Shown: positions 29,400 through 39,719 of the stretch, piece by piece
Layout: every line of letters begins with the position of its first letter
Numbering within the stretch: position 1 is the first letter of the stretch
Source of the DNA: Bacteroidota bacterium
GTDB taxonomy: Bacteria; Bacteroidota; Bacteroidia; UKL13-3
Direction: 5' to 3'
NCBI GenBank assembly: GCA_030680835.1
Contig: JAUXUD010000104.1
Coordinates: 25,051-89,050, forward strand
DNA: 64,000 nt
Program-made: the position numbers and the translations under genes
Notes under the pieces: generated by a model
Database searches by the model: none
What the model was told of the DNA's origin: nothing
What the model saw: only the letters and a program-made list of their open reading frames with translations

Positions 29400-31115
29400 T
29401 TATTTATTTCCAAAGAGCTTTTGTGGAGTAGGTATCTGGATAGTCAGCTTGAACGGTATATTGTTGCCAATTTCTCTAATATTTGAAGGTCTATTTGTGC
29501 TCATGCCATTCCTATCGCCAGAGAAGAATGAGACATTGTTTTCGGTTGTTATTGGTATATAACCACATATTTGTAATTCTTGTTGTGTTCCAACAATTTT
29601 TTCTATAACGTTCATCATTATGCCTCTTTTGACCTCAAAACTCAAGTCCATTAGCTTTTCCTTTACGTTTTTAACAAAGACTTCAATTTGATCCATGTCA
29701 GGTATTTTTATTTCTTCACTATTTCGTTCCTGTTCCCTTGCTCTTTCAATTTGAGATTCTAACATGGTTATTTTTTCTTTAATAGGTATTAGAAACTCTC
29801 TTAATTGCTCCAAAGTGAGCATCCCCGCACCGTATGCTCTGTTGAAACGAATCTCTTCCATTTTTGAGTTCATTAATTCATCTTCTATTTGCCTAATCTC
29901 ATCCGGCTGAAATGTATTTTTAGTACTTTTAATATTTTTCCATCTGGTTGCGTGTTCTAATATAATCTGCGGTGAAGTCATCAGCATCGAGATACTTTGC
30001 CAGACCATATTATCTATGATTCTGGCATTGATTCCACCTTGTAAGCACGTCTTAGGCAATGGGAAATTATTTATCCGATCATTGCATCTATAGTACAAGT
30101 ATTTACCATGTTTAGGGCCTTCACCTGACCTTCTCCTACCGCAAGAACAAAAAATTAATCCGATCAATAAATAGTCATATTTTTTATTTCGTATACTTTG
30201 CTTGAAATTTCTTTCAACCCTTTCACGAACGCGATAAAACAATTCTTTATCAATAATTGGAGGTACAGGAATTTTATACCATTCTTCCTCCGGCTTCATC
30301 CTTCTACTACTTTTTTTTACTTTCCTATATTTTGTTGTGCTTTTGGGATTTTCTGGAACAACAGCGTATGAGCTACCCCAATGAGCCTCTCCAATGTAAG
30401 CCTTATGTTTAAGAAGAGTTGTTAAGGTACTGGTACTCCAAACCCCTCTTTTGCTTTTTCTAGGTTTAATTCCGAGCTGATACAATCTTGTTACTATCTT
30501 CCTTTGCGTTAGCCCTTCTTCATCTATCCATTTAAAGATCATCTGGATCACCTTAGACTCTTCTTGATTAACCTTATAGTAACCATGAATTTTGTCCTCT
30601 TTTTTTATATATGTATACCCATACAATGGTTCGCTAACAAGAAGATTACCTTCGCGGACTTTACGAACTTTCCCTAATCTGAATCTTTCCTTTATTTTCA
30701 TTCTTTCATATTCAGTAAAGACACCCCGCATCTTATACATAATTATTTCTTCATCGGTTTTCGGTTGAGGTATCGTTACGAAAAGAACATCAATTTCCAA
30801 TTCTTTTAATTCCTCCATGACTACTTCTTGCCATGCCCCTCGTCTTGCCAATCGGTCCGGGTCATAAATGAGAACAGCCTCCCAATTCCTTTTCTTGGCA
30901 TCCATTCGGAGCTGATCCAAACCTGGCCTTATTAGATTATCACCACTCCACCCTTCATCTAAATATTCTTTTACTATCGTGTAGCCATGCAATTTTGCAA
31001 ATTCAGATACTGCCAAAAGCTGAGTCTCTATTGTACCCTCACTTTCTTGATTTGAGGTAGAAACTCTCCCATAAATTGCGATTAATTTAGTTTTCTTTAT
31101 CAATAAGTTTTCCAT
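29400..31115 (-). CDS. Large serine recombinase (resolvase domain + recombinase domain + zinc ribbon + coiled coil)
   Basis: LIAIYGRVSTSNQESEGTIETQ catalytic region, 571 aa, Cys cluster CSCGRR...YYRCNDR. Confidence 0.85.
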   Translation of the reverse strand: MENLLIKKTKLIAIYGRVSTSNQESEGTIETQLLAVSEFAKLHGYTIVKEYLDEGWSGDNLIRPGLDQLRMDAKKRNWEAVLIYDPDRLARRGAWQEVVMEELKELEIDVLFVTIPQPKTDEEIIMYKMRGVFTEYERMKIKERFRLGKVRKVREGNLLVSEPLYGYTYIKKEDKIHGYYKVNQEESKVIQMIFKWIDEEGLTQRKIVTRLYQLGIKPRKSKRGVWSTSTLTTLLKHKAYIGEAHWGSSYAVVPENPKSTTKYRKVKKSSRRMKPEEEWYKIPVPPIIDKELFYRVRERVERNFKQSIRNKKYDYLLIGLIFCSCGRRRSGEGPKHGKYLYYRCNDRINNFPLPKTCLQGGINARIIDNMVWQSISMLMTSPQIILEHATRWKNIKSTKNTFQPDEIRQIEDELMNSKMEEIRFNRAYGAGMLTLEQLREFLIPIKEKITMLESQIERAREQERNSEEIKIPDMDQIEVFVKNVKEKLMDLSFEVKRGIMMNVIEKIVGTQQELQICGYIPITTENNVSFFSGDRNGMSTNRPSNIREIGNNIPFKLTIQIPTPQKLFGNK

Positions 31116-31377
31116 TTAATTTCATTACTTCTTCAAATAATAAGTCAAAAGCCTTATTGACTTTATCACCTGAAGATTCAACATATTTATATTCTAAAGA
31201 AGGGCAACGACTAATACCCTCGTTGCAACACGAAAGGATTCGTTGCCCTTCACTAGACTCAATATTTTTTTCTTTGGTATTTTCCTTTTCGTGTTGCTCT
31301 TCCATTGTATCAAATATTCAGATGACTGTTAATACCATAATTGTGGCTTAATACCCTGATTTTTATAAGATGAACAA

Positions 31378-32781
31378 ATGTGTTCAAACCCAAGCCCCAC
31401 AACTGCACACCTTTATTCCCCTTATATCCCCAGCTTTATTTTCATATTATTAAGGTATATGAATAATGAAATTAATTATCAAAACGAAATCACCCCCTTA
31501 GGAAAAGTAAATTTCAGAAGTGATAACCGGGAATTCGGAATTAAGGACAAAGACAGACTCTATCACATCTGGGCTATTGGAAAGACCGGAACCGGTAAAA
31601 GCACCCTATTACAAAACATGGCAATAAGTGATATTCAAAAAGGAAAAGGTTGTGCCATCATTGACCCACACGGAGAAATCGCAGATAACATACTCAAATA
31701 CATTCCACATGACCGCATCGAAGATGTGATCTACTTCAACCCGACTGACATGGAATTCCCAATTGCATTTAATCCATTAAAGAATGTCCATCCAGAATAT
31801 CACCACCTGGTGGCATCAGGATTACTCTCAACTTTTCAAAAGTTATGGTTGGATAATTGGGGTCCCCGTCTCTCTCACATCTTAAAGCACTCTCTTTTAA
31901 CTCTACTTGAATACCGGGAATCTTCCCTGTTAGATATTCAACCATTGCTAACTGATATTGAATATAGGCACAAGGTTCTATCAAGAATTAAAAGCCAATA
32001 TCTATTGGCCTTCTGGTACAATGAATTTGATAAATATTCTAATGCCTTTCGAGCAGAAGCAATTGCTCCAATCCTAAACAAGCTTGGATTATTTTCATCA
32101 AGTGTCCCGATCAGAAATATAGTCGGACAAAAGAAACGAGGTTTCCAATTTCAGAAAATCATGGAAGGCAAGATATTCATTGCCAATCTTAGTAAAGGAA
32201 TAATTGGAGAGGATGCCTCAATTCTTCTTGGTTGTATGCTATTAACTTCATTTCAACTTGCTGCTCTTTATCGAGCCTCTCAACCAGAACATACCCGTAA
32301 ACCATTCTATTTATATGTAGACGAAGCCCATTCGTATATGACCACATCATTTGTCGATATTCTTTCAGAAGCTCGTAAATACGGCCTATCACTCTTTTTA
32401 ACCCATCAATACGTTGAACAATTAAAGCCGGAAATTAGATCTGCTGTGATGGGTAATGCAGGTACAATCATTTCATTTCGTATAGGCCCAAATGATGCAC
32501 GATACCTAGCGGAAGAATTCTATCCAGTTTTCAATCACCATGATATGATAAACCTACCGAGATATTGCATGTACCTCAAATTAATGATTGATAATGAAGC
32601 ATCACAGCCATTTAGTGCGACTTCCTTACCATTGATGGTAAAAGAAAAATCATTCAGACGCGAAATTATCGAACATTCAAGAAAGCAATATGGTAAGCCC
32701 CGTAGAGAGGTTGAAAAAATAGTGTACACAGTAGAGCCCCAGCAAACACAACAAACACTTTTCCAGTCATCTATAATCTAA
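31378..32781 (+). CDS. TraD/VirD4-like P-loop ATPase (type IV coupling protein family)
   Basis: Walker A IGKTGTGKST, AIIDPHGE motif, Walker B LYVDEAHSYM. Confidence 0.55.
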   Translation: MCSNPSPTTAHLYSPYIPSFIFILLRYMNNEINYQNEITPLGKVNFRSDNREFGIKDKDRLYHIWAIGKTGTGKSTLLQNMAISDIQKGKGCAIIDPHGEIADNILKYIPHDRIEDVIYFNPTDMEFPIAFNPLKNVHPEYHHLVASGLLSTFQKLWLDNWGPRLSHILKHSLLTLLEYRESSLLDIQPLLTDIEYRHKVLSRIKSQYLLAFWYNEFDKYSNAFRAEAIAPILNKLGLFSSSVPIRNIVGQKKRGFQFQKIMEGKIFIANLSKGIIGEDASILLGCMLLTSFQLAALYRASQPEHTRKPFYLYVDEAHSYMTTSFVDILSEARKYGLSLFLTHQYVEQLKPEIRSAVMGNAGTIISFRIGPNDARYLAEEFYPVFNHHDMINLPRYCMYLKLMIDNEASQPFSATSLPLMVKEKSFRREIIEHSRKQYGKPRREVEKIVYTVEPQQTQQTLFQSSII

Positions 32782-33150
32782 TCGACAAAGTTATTCTGAC
32801 CGTTACCTGTACGAAGTAAGGGTACCGTTGGAAACACTAAAGAGGGTCATTAACAAAGAGACCTTTATATCGAGCACATTCCGATTTAAAGGCTTCTTTG
32901 TTGAGTAAATTACAAATAAAATTGCTTTGCCAAACCGTTTTTGAAAATGATCTTGATAAGTGATGTAAGAGCGAATGAATGTCATTAAGTATATGGTATG
33001 AAGCAATCCAATGAGATGGAGGCAAAACATGGAACAATATGGCTGAAAGCTGTGTTGTTCCATGCAGTGCCTCCGAGACTAATGTTGTGTATTATCTCGC
33101 AAGGTTTATTATAATTATTCGGCAGAATAATTTCAGTGCTTAACATTCCA

Positions 33151-33181
33151 AAAAAAGCTCCCGAAACCGGGAGCTTTTTAG
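33151..33181. terminator. Bidirectional rho-independent terminator
   Basis: aaaaaaGCTCCCGaaacCGGGAGCttttta: perfect 7 bp GC-rich stem with flanking A- and T-runs. Confidence 0.65.
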
Positions 33182-33248
33182 CCTATGAAACAAACCCACA
33201 ATTCTACCCCTAGTTTGCGGGCCAACACAAATATATAAAAAATTACTT

Positions 33249-33587
33249 TTATTTTATATTAATCGGTTTTATATCCTCAGAGGTATCTCCCGGTGCTCCA
33301 ATTGCTTGTAGAACAATTAAATAAAGTCCGGAATTATAATAGGTATTTGTAACTGTCGTATATGAAGAATTTGATTTCGTTCCATCATCAAAATCCCAGA
33401 TAAATGAATTAGCATTTTTTGATGTATTGGTAAACGACACGGTGACAGGTGCAGACTTTCCATCATAATTTACCGTAAAGGAAGCCTGAGCCTTTGTACT
33501 GCTTGTATTTGAAGTGCCTTGATCTTTTTTACAGGCAATAAATGCTGTAGCTAAAAAGACTAAAAACGGGATAAATTTTCTTTTCAT
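33249..33587 (-). CDS. PKD-domain lipoprotein
   Basis: Lipobox FLATAFIACKKD and PKD motif FIWDFDDGTKS...TNTYYNSGLYLIVL. Confidence 0.55.
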   Translation of the reverse strand: MKRKFIPFLVFLATAFIACKKDQGTSNTSSTKAQASFTVNYDGKSAPVTVSFTNTSKNANSFIWDFDDGTKSNSSYTTVTNTYYNSGLYLIVLQAIGAPGDTSEDIKPINIK

Positions 33588-33588
33588 A

Positions 33589-34812
33589 TTATTGTTTAAC
33601 TAATTTTTGAGTATATACACCTGTATTGTCAGTTATCTTGGCTGTATAAATACCATTGACTAACTGGCTAATATCAATTTCAGAACCATTCAATTCCTGG
33701 CTTAATACCAATTGTCCATTTAAGTTATAAATTGAAATGGTCGAATTCGGGTTTATACCATTAACACTTAATTTTTCAGTAGCAGGGTTCGGATACATTT
33801 CAATATTATTACCGGCTTTAATTTCATCTGTGCCTGTTGCGTTTGGATTGAACCTTACCAATCCATAATTTGTCAACCACATAATACCACCGGCATCTTT
33901 TACTATACAACCTACTCCGTTACCTGGAATACCGCTATTTGTGGTAGTAAAATTTGTCCAAGTAGTTCCATCAAATTTAGTTAACGCATTATTTGTACCA
34001 AACCATTTATTATTTTGTGCATCTACTAATATTGCATGGACACTTCCACCAACAGGATATTCAAATGTACTATAATGAGTCCAGGTTGTCCCTGAGAGAG
34101 AAGATACACCTGTTTCTGCTCCAAACCATGCAGTGCCATGTGCATTATCTAAACATATTGAAATAATATACACATCCATATAACCTACTGCTGTATATGT
34201 TGTATTTCCAACAATTTTGTATAAGCCTTCTCCGTATAATGTAAACCAGACATTATCATTGGTTTGATCAATTGCAATACTATTAACATTATAATGTCCC
34301 CAAGACATAGCACTGAGTGTCCAATTTGTTCCATCAAATTTAGAAATCATGCTCATATCATGACCAAACCATATATTACCTTTTGAATCCATTGCCATGG
34401 ATAAAACAGTAGAACGTGCTATTCCTGAGTTTGGTAAAAAAGTCGTCCATACATTAGTTGTAGGATTGAACCTATAAGCACCATTATGCGTAGCAACCCA
34501 AACATTACCTGCCTTATCAATTAAAATTGCAGTACATAAATTGGATGCAAGGCCGCTATTATGCCTGTCATAAACAGTAAAAGTAGTTCCATTAAACTTC
34601 GCAATTCCTAAAAAGGTAGCTACCCACTTGTTTCCCTGTGCATCAATAGCAATATCTGTAACTCCATTATCAGGAATATTACTATTGGTTGTATTATACG
34701 AAATCCATTTTTGAGCTTTCAAATTCCCTGAACTTAAAAGCATCGTTGTTATTATAATTATTATTGTTTTCATCGTTAAAATTTTATTTTTTAGTATTTT
34801 TATTATCTTCAA
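33589..34812 (-). CDS. Beta-propeller (two-component-regulator-propeller-like repeats) protein with T9SS C-terminal sorting domain
   Basis: Repeated ...GNVWVAT/NKWFGT... blades and C-terminal MYPNPATEKLSVNGI...NGIYTAKITDNTGVYTQKLVKQ. Confidence 0.6.
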   Translation of the reverse strand: MKIIKILKNKILTMKTIIIIITTMLLSSGNLKAQKWISYNTTNSNIPDNGVTDIAIDAQGNKWVATFLGIAKFNGTTFTVYDRHNSGLASNLCTAILIDKAGNVWVATHNGAYRFNPTTNVWTTFLPNSGIARSTVLSMAMDSKGNIWFGHDMSMISKFDGTNWTLSAMSWGHYNVNSIAIDQTNDNVWFTLYGEGLYKIVGNTTYTAVGYMDVYIISICLDNAHGTAWFGAETGVSSLSGTTWTHYSTFEYPVGGSVHAILVDAQNNKWFGTNNALTKFDGTTWTNFTTTNSGIPGNGVGCIVKDAGGIMWLTNYGLVRFNPNATGTDEIKAGNNIEMYPNPATEKLSVNGINPNSTISIYNLNGQLVLSQELNGSEIDISQLVNGIYTAKITDNTGVYTQKLVKQ

Positions 34813-34813
34813 A

Positions 34814-35611
34814 CTAAAACATCAAACCCAATTTCAGTCCACTCTGAAAATACACAGGATTAGTTCCTACAATTGCATAATTGTAACCTACCAAATCAGT
34901 ATTATCCCTTGTTGCTGTGCCAATGCCCATCCCAAAATAATAGTCAATGGCAAGCATATCACCGATGGTCCATTGCTTACCGATATTAAACATCACACAA
35001 GCAAAGGACACGGTTCTTCTGGTATAGGTATATGGGTCAAACCATGGATTGTTGTACCAATCATATGTTTTTCGTTCTTCCGAAAATCCACCAAAGACCA
35101 GCTCCGGTTTAAAATAGGAACCTTTTAATAAATGTGATGATTTACCTAAATTGGAATAGTATTCTGGTGAGCGTTTAAATTTGAATCCAAAACGAATAAA
35201 GGCACCGTTTAATTTAGTAATATCATCATCCTTTTGACCCGTACCAATATGTCCAAGCTGAATTTCCCACGTTTTAGTCGGACTGATACTCCTTTCATAT
35301 CCAATTACGAATTTGGAAGAGGCATAAGCGAACACATCAACCTTGATGACATTCTTATCATCCAAAGAAGTATTAATTCCCTGATCCATATACATCTCTT
35401 TTCCTTTTGCCGTCTTTATCTTCACAACCTCCGATTTAGAAATAATTTTAGCTGGACCTGTTTGAGAATTATTATCCCTGTATACAATATTTTCAGGCCC
35501 AATAGCTACTATACTGACATTTAAAACCGTTTTGTCTTTTTTATAAATCAAATCCTGGGCTGTACAAATCTTTGAAAGGCAACAAATTATGAGCACAATT
35601 ATATATTTCAT
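34814..35611 (-). CDS. Outer-membrane beta-barrel protein, hypothetical
   Basis: Signal peptide, alternating hydrophobic pattern, C-terminal Phe (LKLGLMF). Confidence 0.45.
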   Translation of the reverse strand: MKYIIVLIICCLSKICTAQDLIYKKDKTVLNVSIVAIGPENIVYRDNNSQTGPAKIISKSEVVKIKTAKGKEMYMDQGINTSLDDKNVIKVDVFAYASSKFVIGYERSISPTKTWEIQLGHIGTGQKDDDITKLNGAFIRFGFKFKRSPEYYSNLGKSSHLLKGSYFKPELVFGGFSEERKTYDWYNNPWFDPYTYTRRTVSFACVMFNIGKQWTIGDMLAIDYYFGMGIGTATRDNTDLVGYNYAIVGTNPVYFQSGLKLGLMF

Positions 35612-35622
35612 AGCTATGTTGT

Positions 35623-36522
35623 TTAATAGATTCCAAAATCAAACACCTTATCATTTGAATACATAGACGGTGTGGCACCGGTATAGATAAAGCAATACTC
35701 TCCGGCAGATAAACTTCCGGTAATGATAATCTTGTAAATATTTTCTGCGATTTCCTCATAACCAAAAGACACTTTTTGTTTTTCATCAATACCAATGGAA
35801 CTACCATAGCTATTTGATTTACCGATAACAAACTCCCTACAATCCTTCTTTTCTTTCATTTTAACTAATGCAAATTCATTAGGTGAAGTAGCAGAAGCAA
35901 ACCACCAATTAGCTGCCTGATTTAAACTGTTATTGCTGTGATCAAAGTAGAAATAAAACACTATCTGCTTACTTTGTATTTGTTTCCTTGAATTCGCACC
36001 CGACAGTATTGAGGTAGTTTTAGCATTAGCCAATCCATAAGTGTAATGACTGGCAAGAGCCTGGCCAAATCCTCCTGATTTTCCCGAACTCACAACCGTT
36101 GGATCAATTCGTGATAACTGCCTTTCAATATCAGCAGGATTATAATAATAGATACCGGAGTTGTGCATCACCTTAGGATCATTCAAATCAACTATTTCCA
36201 CCTTATTCTTCTCAGTAGATTCAATCATAGCTGATACTATTTCATCAGGAATACCATCATTTTTGAGTTTAACCAATGCATCTGTGGATACATCAAAGGT
36301 GTTCTTCGTAGTTTTAATCTTGTTAATAATGATACCGGTACCCAATCCCTTTTGGAATAGTACGGTAACAGATTCATTGGATAGAATGTCTTGTTTAGGT
36401 TGTGCTGTAACCGTAAATACGGCAAGCAGAATCAGAAACATGGAGAGATAAAAATGTTTTTTTGTTTTCATATGATAAAAAATTAGAAATCGAAGGTATG
36501 ATAAAAAAACAAAAATATCCAC
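35623..36522 (-). CDS. Secreted hypothetical protein (likely start at the internal MKTKKHFYLSMFLILLAVFTVTAQ, about 36471)
   Basis: Signal peptide after an internal Met. Confidence 0.45.
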   Translation of the reverse strand: MDIFVFLSYLRFLIFYHMKTKKHFYLSMFLILLAVFTVTAQPKQDILSNESVTVLFQKGLGTGIIINKIKTTKNTFDVSTDALVKLKNDGIPDEIVSAMIESTEKNKVEIVDLNDPKVMHNSGIYYYNPADIERQLSRIDPTVVSSGKSGGFGQALASHYTYGLANAKTTSILSGANSRKQIQSKQIVFYFYFDHSNNSLNQAANWWFASATSPNEFALVKMKEKKDCREFVIGKSNSYGSSIGIDEKQKVSFGYEEIAENIYKIIITGSLSAGEYCFIYTGATPSMYSNDKVFDFGIY

Positions 36523-36542
36523 TATTTAGGTGTTCCTAATTA

Positions 36543-36851
36543 GTGGTAACTAAAGAAGGGTTTTCAAAGTTGCTTTGCATTATGGCAACTCAAAATAAAA
36601 CTGATACTACTCAGATACTTAAACTCGCAGATCGTATAAAAGAACTACGAATCAAAAAAGGTTATACCAGCTACGAATATTTTGCTTATGACCACGGTTT
36701 GTCCCGTTCCCAATACGGCAGATATGAAAAAGGAACTGACATCCGGTTCAGCAGTTTAATGAAAGTAATCGAAGCATTCGAAATGACCCCGGCTGAATTC
36801 TTCTTTAATTGGATTCCAGATGAACCTAAAAAAACAAAAAAGAAACCTTAG
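36543..36851 (+). CDS. XRE-family HTH regulator
   Basis: IKELRIKKGYTSYEYFAYDHGLSRSQYGRYEKG (Cro/C1-type HTH). Confidence 0.6.
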   Translation: MVTKEGFSKLLCIMATQNKTDTTQILKLADRIKELRIKKGYTSYEYFAYDHGLSRSQYGRYEKGTDIRFSSLMKVIEAFEMTPAEFFFNWIPDEPKKTKKKP

Positions 36852-37252
36852 CGTTTCGGAGGAGAGATTTGAACCTTTATCTATTCGCCAGAAGTGGTAA
36901 AGGAACAAATCCCGGAGGAGACCAATTTATAAAGAGGCCATTGAAAACAATTGTGACTACCGGAAACATTTTGTTTTTTGTGGCTACTTTCATTTAACCC
37001 TCATAAAAGAGACTGGTTCCACGTTCAAAAATGAATGAGTATGCGAATGATTTTTGGGGCGTGGTACAGACGCAAACTCATCATTCCAGATTAAAGTTTG
37101 TAGTGTGAAAGCTATATGCTTTGCCGGTATAAACTTTAAAAGATTGGAATGGTGAACATTTCATTACCCAATAAATTGGCCTAAAAAAATGTTTCAAGAG
37201 TTGATTCTATATAAAGATAACCACTTATATTTGCCTGAATATTTATCTACCA

Positions 37253-38158
37253 ATGGAAGATTTCAGAACCCCTCACGAAAACCTAACCCCTGCTTTAAAC
37301 CATTTTGTTCAAGGAATAGAAAATTTAGTCAATTTTGGTGTACAGATTGTAGGATGGGATTTAGATCAAGAAGGTAAAAGCGATGAGCATTTGCCACCAA
37401 TTTTATTTTTACGAAACTATATCGAGGTGATTGATGCTATTTCTATTCTTGTTAGGCATTCATCAATTGATCCTTGTAAAAATTTACTGAGAACAGCCTT
37501 AGAGAATTTGGCAAACATTGAATATCTTTTAGAAAAAGATACAAATCAAAGATCTTTGTCTTTTCTTGTTTGGAACTTCGTGAATGGTCACATGTCAGCT
37601 CTTAAAGTTGATGGAAAGTCACTTGAATACAAACAATTACGAGACGCATATAATAAAGATAGGTTTCTAAAAACCTCTACTCCTTCAATTCATCCTGATG
37701 CAGAGCAGGCCAAGGCAAATAGCGTGGCGTTATTAGCACATGACAAGTATAAGGCTGTCCATTTGGAATATAGAAGAACAGCAAAAAGGATACAAAACCC
37801 AAACTGGTATTCATTATTCAACGGACCTCGAACCATGAAAAAATTATGTGAACATTTAGAAATAAATGTTCTTTATGAATTGGTGTATCGAACATTTTCA
37901 GAGTCAATTCATGGAACCGACATCATTCAGGGAATGATATACAGTGCAGGACCCGGGCGATCGGCAATTGCCCAAATTAGACACCCAGTAGCAGTACATA
38001 ATGTTACAACACTTTGCACAAACCTTACCCTGGTACTATATACCGACTACATTCAAAAAAGACTTCCGGATAAACATGCTGATTTTTTGAAATGGAAAGA
38101 TGAAATTATGCCGTTCCAAAAAAGCTTGTATGAGCAAGAATTCATTAATTTCGTTTAA
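37253..38158 (+). CDS. Hypothetical protein with HEPN-like Rx6H motif (Abi-like?)
   Basis: ELVYRTFSESIHGTD fits R-x(4-6)-H. All-helical composition. Confidence 0.35.
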   Translation: MEDFRTPHENLTPALNHFVQGIENLVNFGVQIVGWDLDQEGKSDEHLPPILFLRNYIEVIDAISILVRHSSIDPCKNLLRTALENLANIEYLLEKDTNQRSLSFLVWNFVNGHMSALKVDGKSLEYKQLRDAYNKDRFLKTSTPSIHPDAEQAKANSVALLAHDKYKAVHLEYRRTAKRIQNPNWYSLFNGPRTMKKLCEHLEINVLYELVYRTFSESIHGTDIIQGMIYSAGPGRSAIAQIRHPVAVHNVTTLCTNLTLVLYTDYIQKRLPDKHADFLKWKDEIMPFQKSLYEQEFINFV

Positions 38159-38209
38159 TGCCTGCTATCCTGAATCCCTTCTTATCTCAAAACTAGCTAA
38201 GTCAATCCA

Positions 38210-39703
38210 ATGAATTTTGCGATAGATACAGATGGAATCAAAATTAAACCGGAACCAAATAAAAAAGGATTCTGCCAACTTTGCGGTGGGCCTCTCATTG
38301 CCCATTGCGGTCAAATATACTCTTGGCATTGGAAGCATCAAGCGGATCGTGACTGCGATCCCTGGCACGAAAACGAAACAAAGTGGCATAGAGATTGGAA
38401 ATCTCGATTCCCCGAAAACTGGCAAGAAGTAATTCTTGAAAATGAATTTGGCGAAAAACACATTGCAGATATAAAAACAGTAACTAATACCGTAATTGAA
38501 TTTCAGAATTCGCCAATTTCATCTGCAACTATCGAAGTAAGAGAAGCCTTCTATGGGCAAATGATTTGGGTCGTTAACGCGACACCTTTCGTGGAAAGGC
38601 TGGATATTCGGAGCATAGTCACAACCAAATTGCGCGATATTGATTCTCAGTATTCCTATGCTTCGAGTCTTGAGCCTGACCCGTATGACAGTGAAATCAA
38701 ACTCGCTCAAAAGGCGATTACCGACACAAACAGGAATATAAGTAATATTGAGAAGGCTATAGAAAAGGTTCATTCCGAAATTAATCTATTCACCAAGACT
38801 CTTCAACAAATTGATTCCACCATAGAACTACTAATAAACAAGTGGAATCAAAGATACAAAGGAAGTAATTTCTACAACGAACCTCCGGTTACACGCATTA
38901 TTGGGGCATTGGAAAACACTTATAAATTAGAAATTAATTCAATTCTCAACCAAAAACTTGAGCTTAATAATAATCGAAAAGTTAAAGAGGAACTGCTACG
39001 ATTCATTGAAAGTCATAAGGACATACTTATCGAGGGTGAAATGCACAAAGTCATTAAATACAATGGGTTTACCAAGGAAAGCTTTCGTAATATTAAAGTA
39101 ATTTCCAAATTAGAAAAGGATAGTCTGTTTCCGAAAATTTTAAGAATAAACAGTGAAGGAGAATACCTGCAATATGGATATAATCAGGATAAATACATTT
39201 TTGCCGGAGATGTTAGCCAACTTGTACTCAAAACGAAATTAGAAATTCAGAATATTGAAACAGACCATCAGAAGTTAAACGAGGAATTTTCAAAGCTGAA
39301 ACCCCGAATAGGAGAAGAACTGCAAAAAATTCTATCCGAAGGAATTGACCAATCCATAGCGAATATTAAAAAATTAGAGATAGACCTAAATAATCTTTAT
39401 TCTGAACTTGCGAAAAATATTTCTGATGAACATCATTTTTCAAGGCTTCAGACTCAAGAAACTGCGAAGATACAGACAGAATCTGAACACGAAAAACAAA
39501 ATAAAAAGCTTGAAATAATGAAGTCCTTTAAAGGCCGTTACACATATGATTGGAAACATAAAAGACCATCATGGCGGGTAGCGAAGGCTCCCATTTTCAT
39601 AGATATCGGCGAAGATTACTTATTCCACATCTACAGAAAAGGCTACTTAAAAAAAATAACTATTGATACTTTCTTAAGGCATTATCAACGAAGCAAATTC
39701 TAA
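38210..39703 (+). CDS. CoiA-like nuclease-domain protein fused to an approximately 330-aa coiled-coil region
   Basis: N-terminus CQLCGGPLIAHCGQIYSWHWKHQ...KWHRDWK...GEKHIADIKT...VIEFQNSPIS matches the CoiA-family signature. The remainder is heptad-rich. Confidence 0.55.
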   Translation: MNFAIDTDGIKIKPEPNKKGFCQLCGGPLIAHCGQIYSWHWKHQADRDCDPWHENETKWHRDWKSRFPENWQEVILENEFGEKHIADIKTVTNTVIEFQNSPISSATIEVREAFYGQMIWVVNATPFVERLDIRSIVTTKLRDIDSQYSYASSLEPDPYDSEIKLAQKAITDTNRNISNIEKAIEKVHSEINLFTKTLQQIDSTIELLINKWNQRYKGSNFYNEPPVTRIIGALENTYKLEINSILNQKLELNNNRKVKEELLRFIESHKDILIEGEMHKVIKYNGFTKESFRNIKVISKLEKDSLFPKILRINSEGEYLQYGYNQDKYIFAGDVSQLVLKTKLEIQNIETDHQKLNEEFSKLKPRIGEELQKILSEGIDQSIANIKKLEIDLNNLYSELAKNISDEHHFSRLQTQETAKIQTESEHEKQNKKLEIMKSFKGRYTYDWKHKRPSWRVAKAPIFIDIGEDYLFHIYRKGYLKKITIDTFLRHYQRSKF

Positions 39704-39719
39704 CTTTGTCCAGGGGGTA

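Noticed and set aside
32803-33063. Two overlapping minus-strand ORFs in the gap after the TraD-like gene
   Set aside because: No motifs. They overlap each other in different frames within an intergenic region ending in a clear terminator.
36852-36930. Reverse-strand tRNA-like T-loop sequence GGTTCAAATCTCTCCTCC after the XRE gene
   Set aside because: No cloverleaf can be built. Probably another degenerate copy of the att-like motif or chance.
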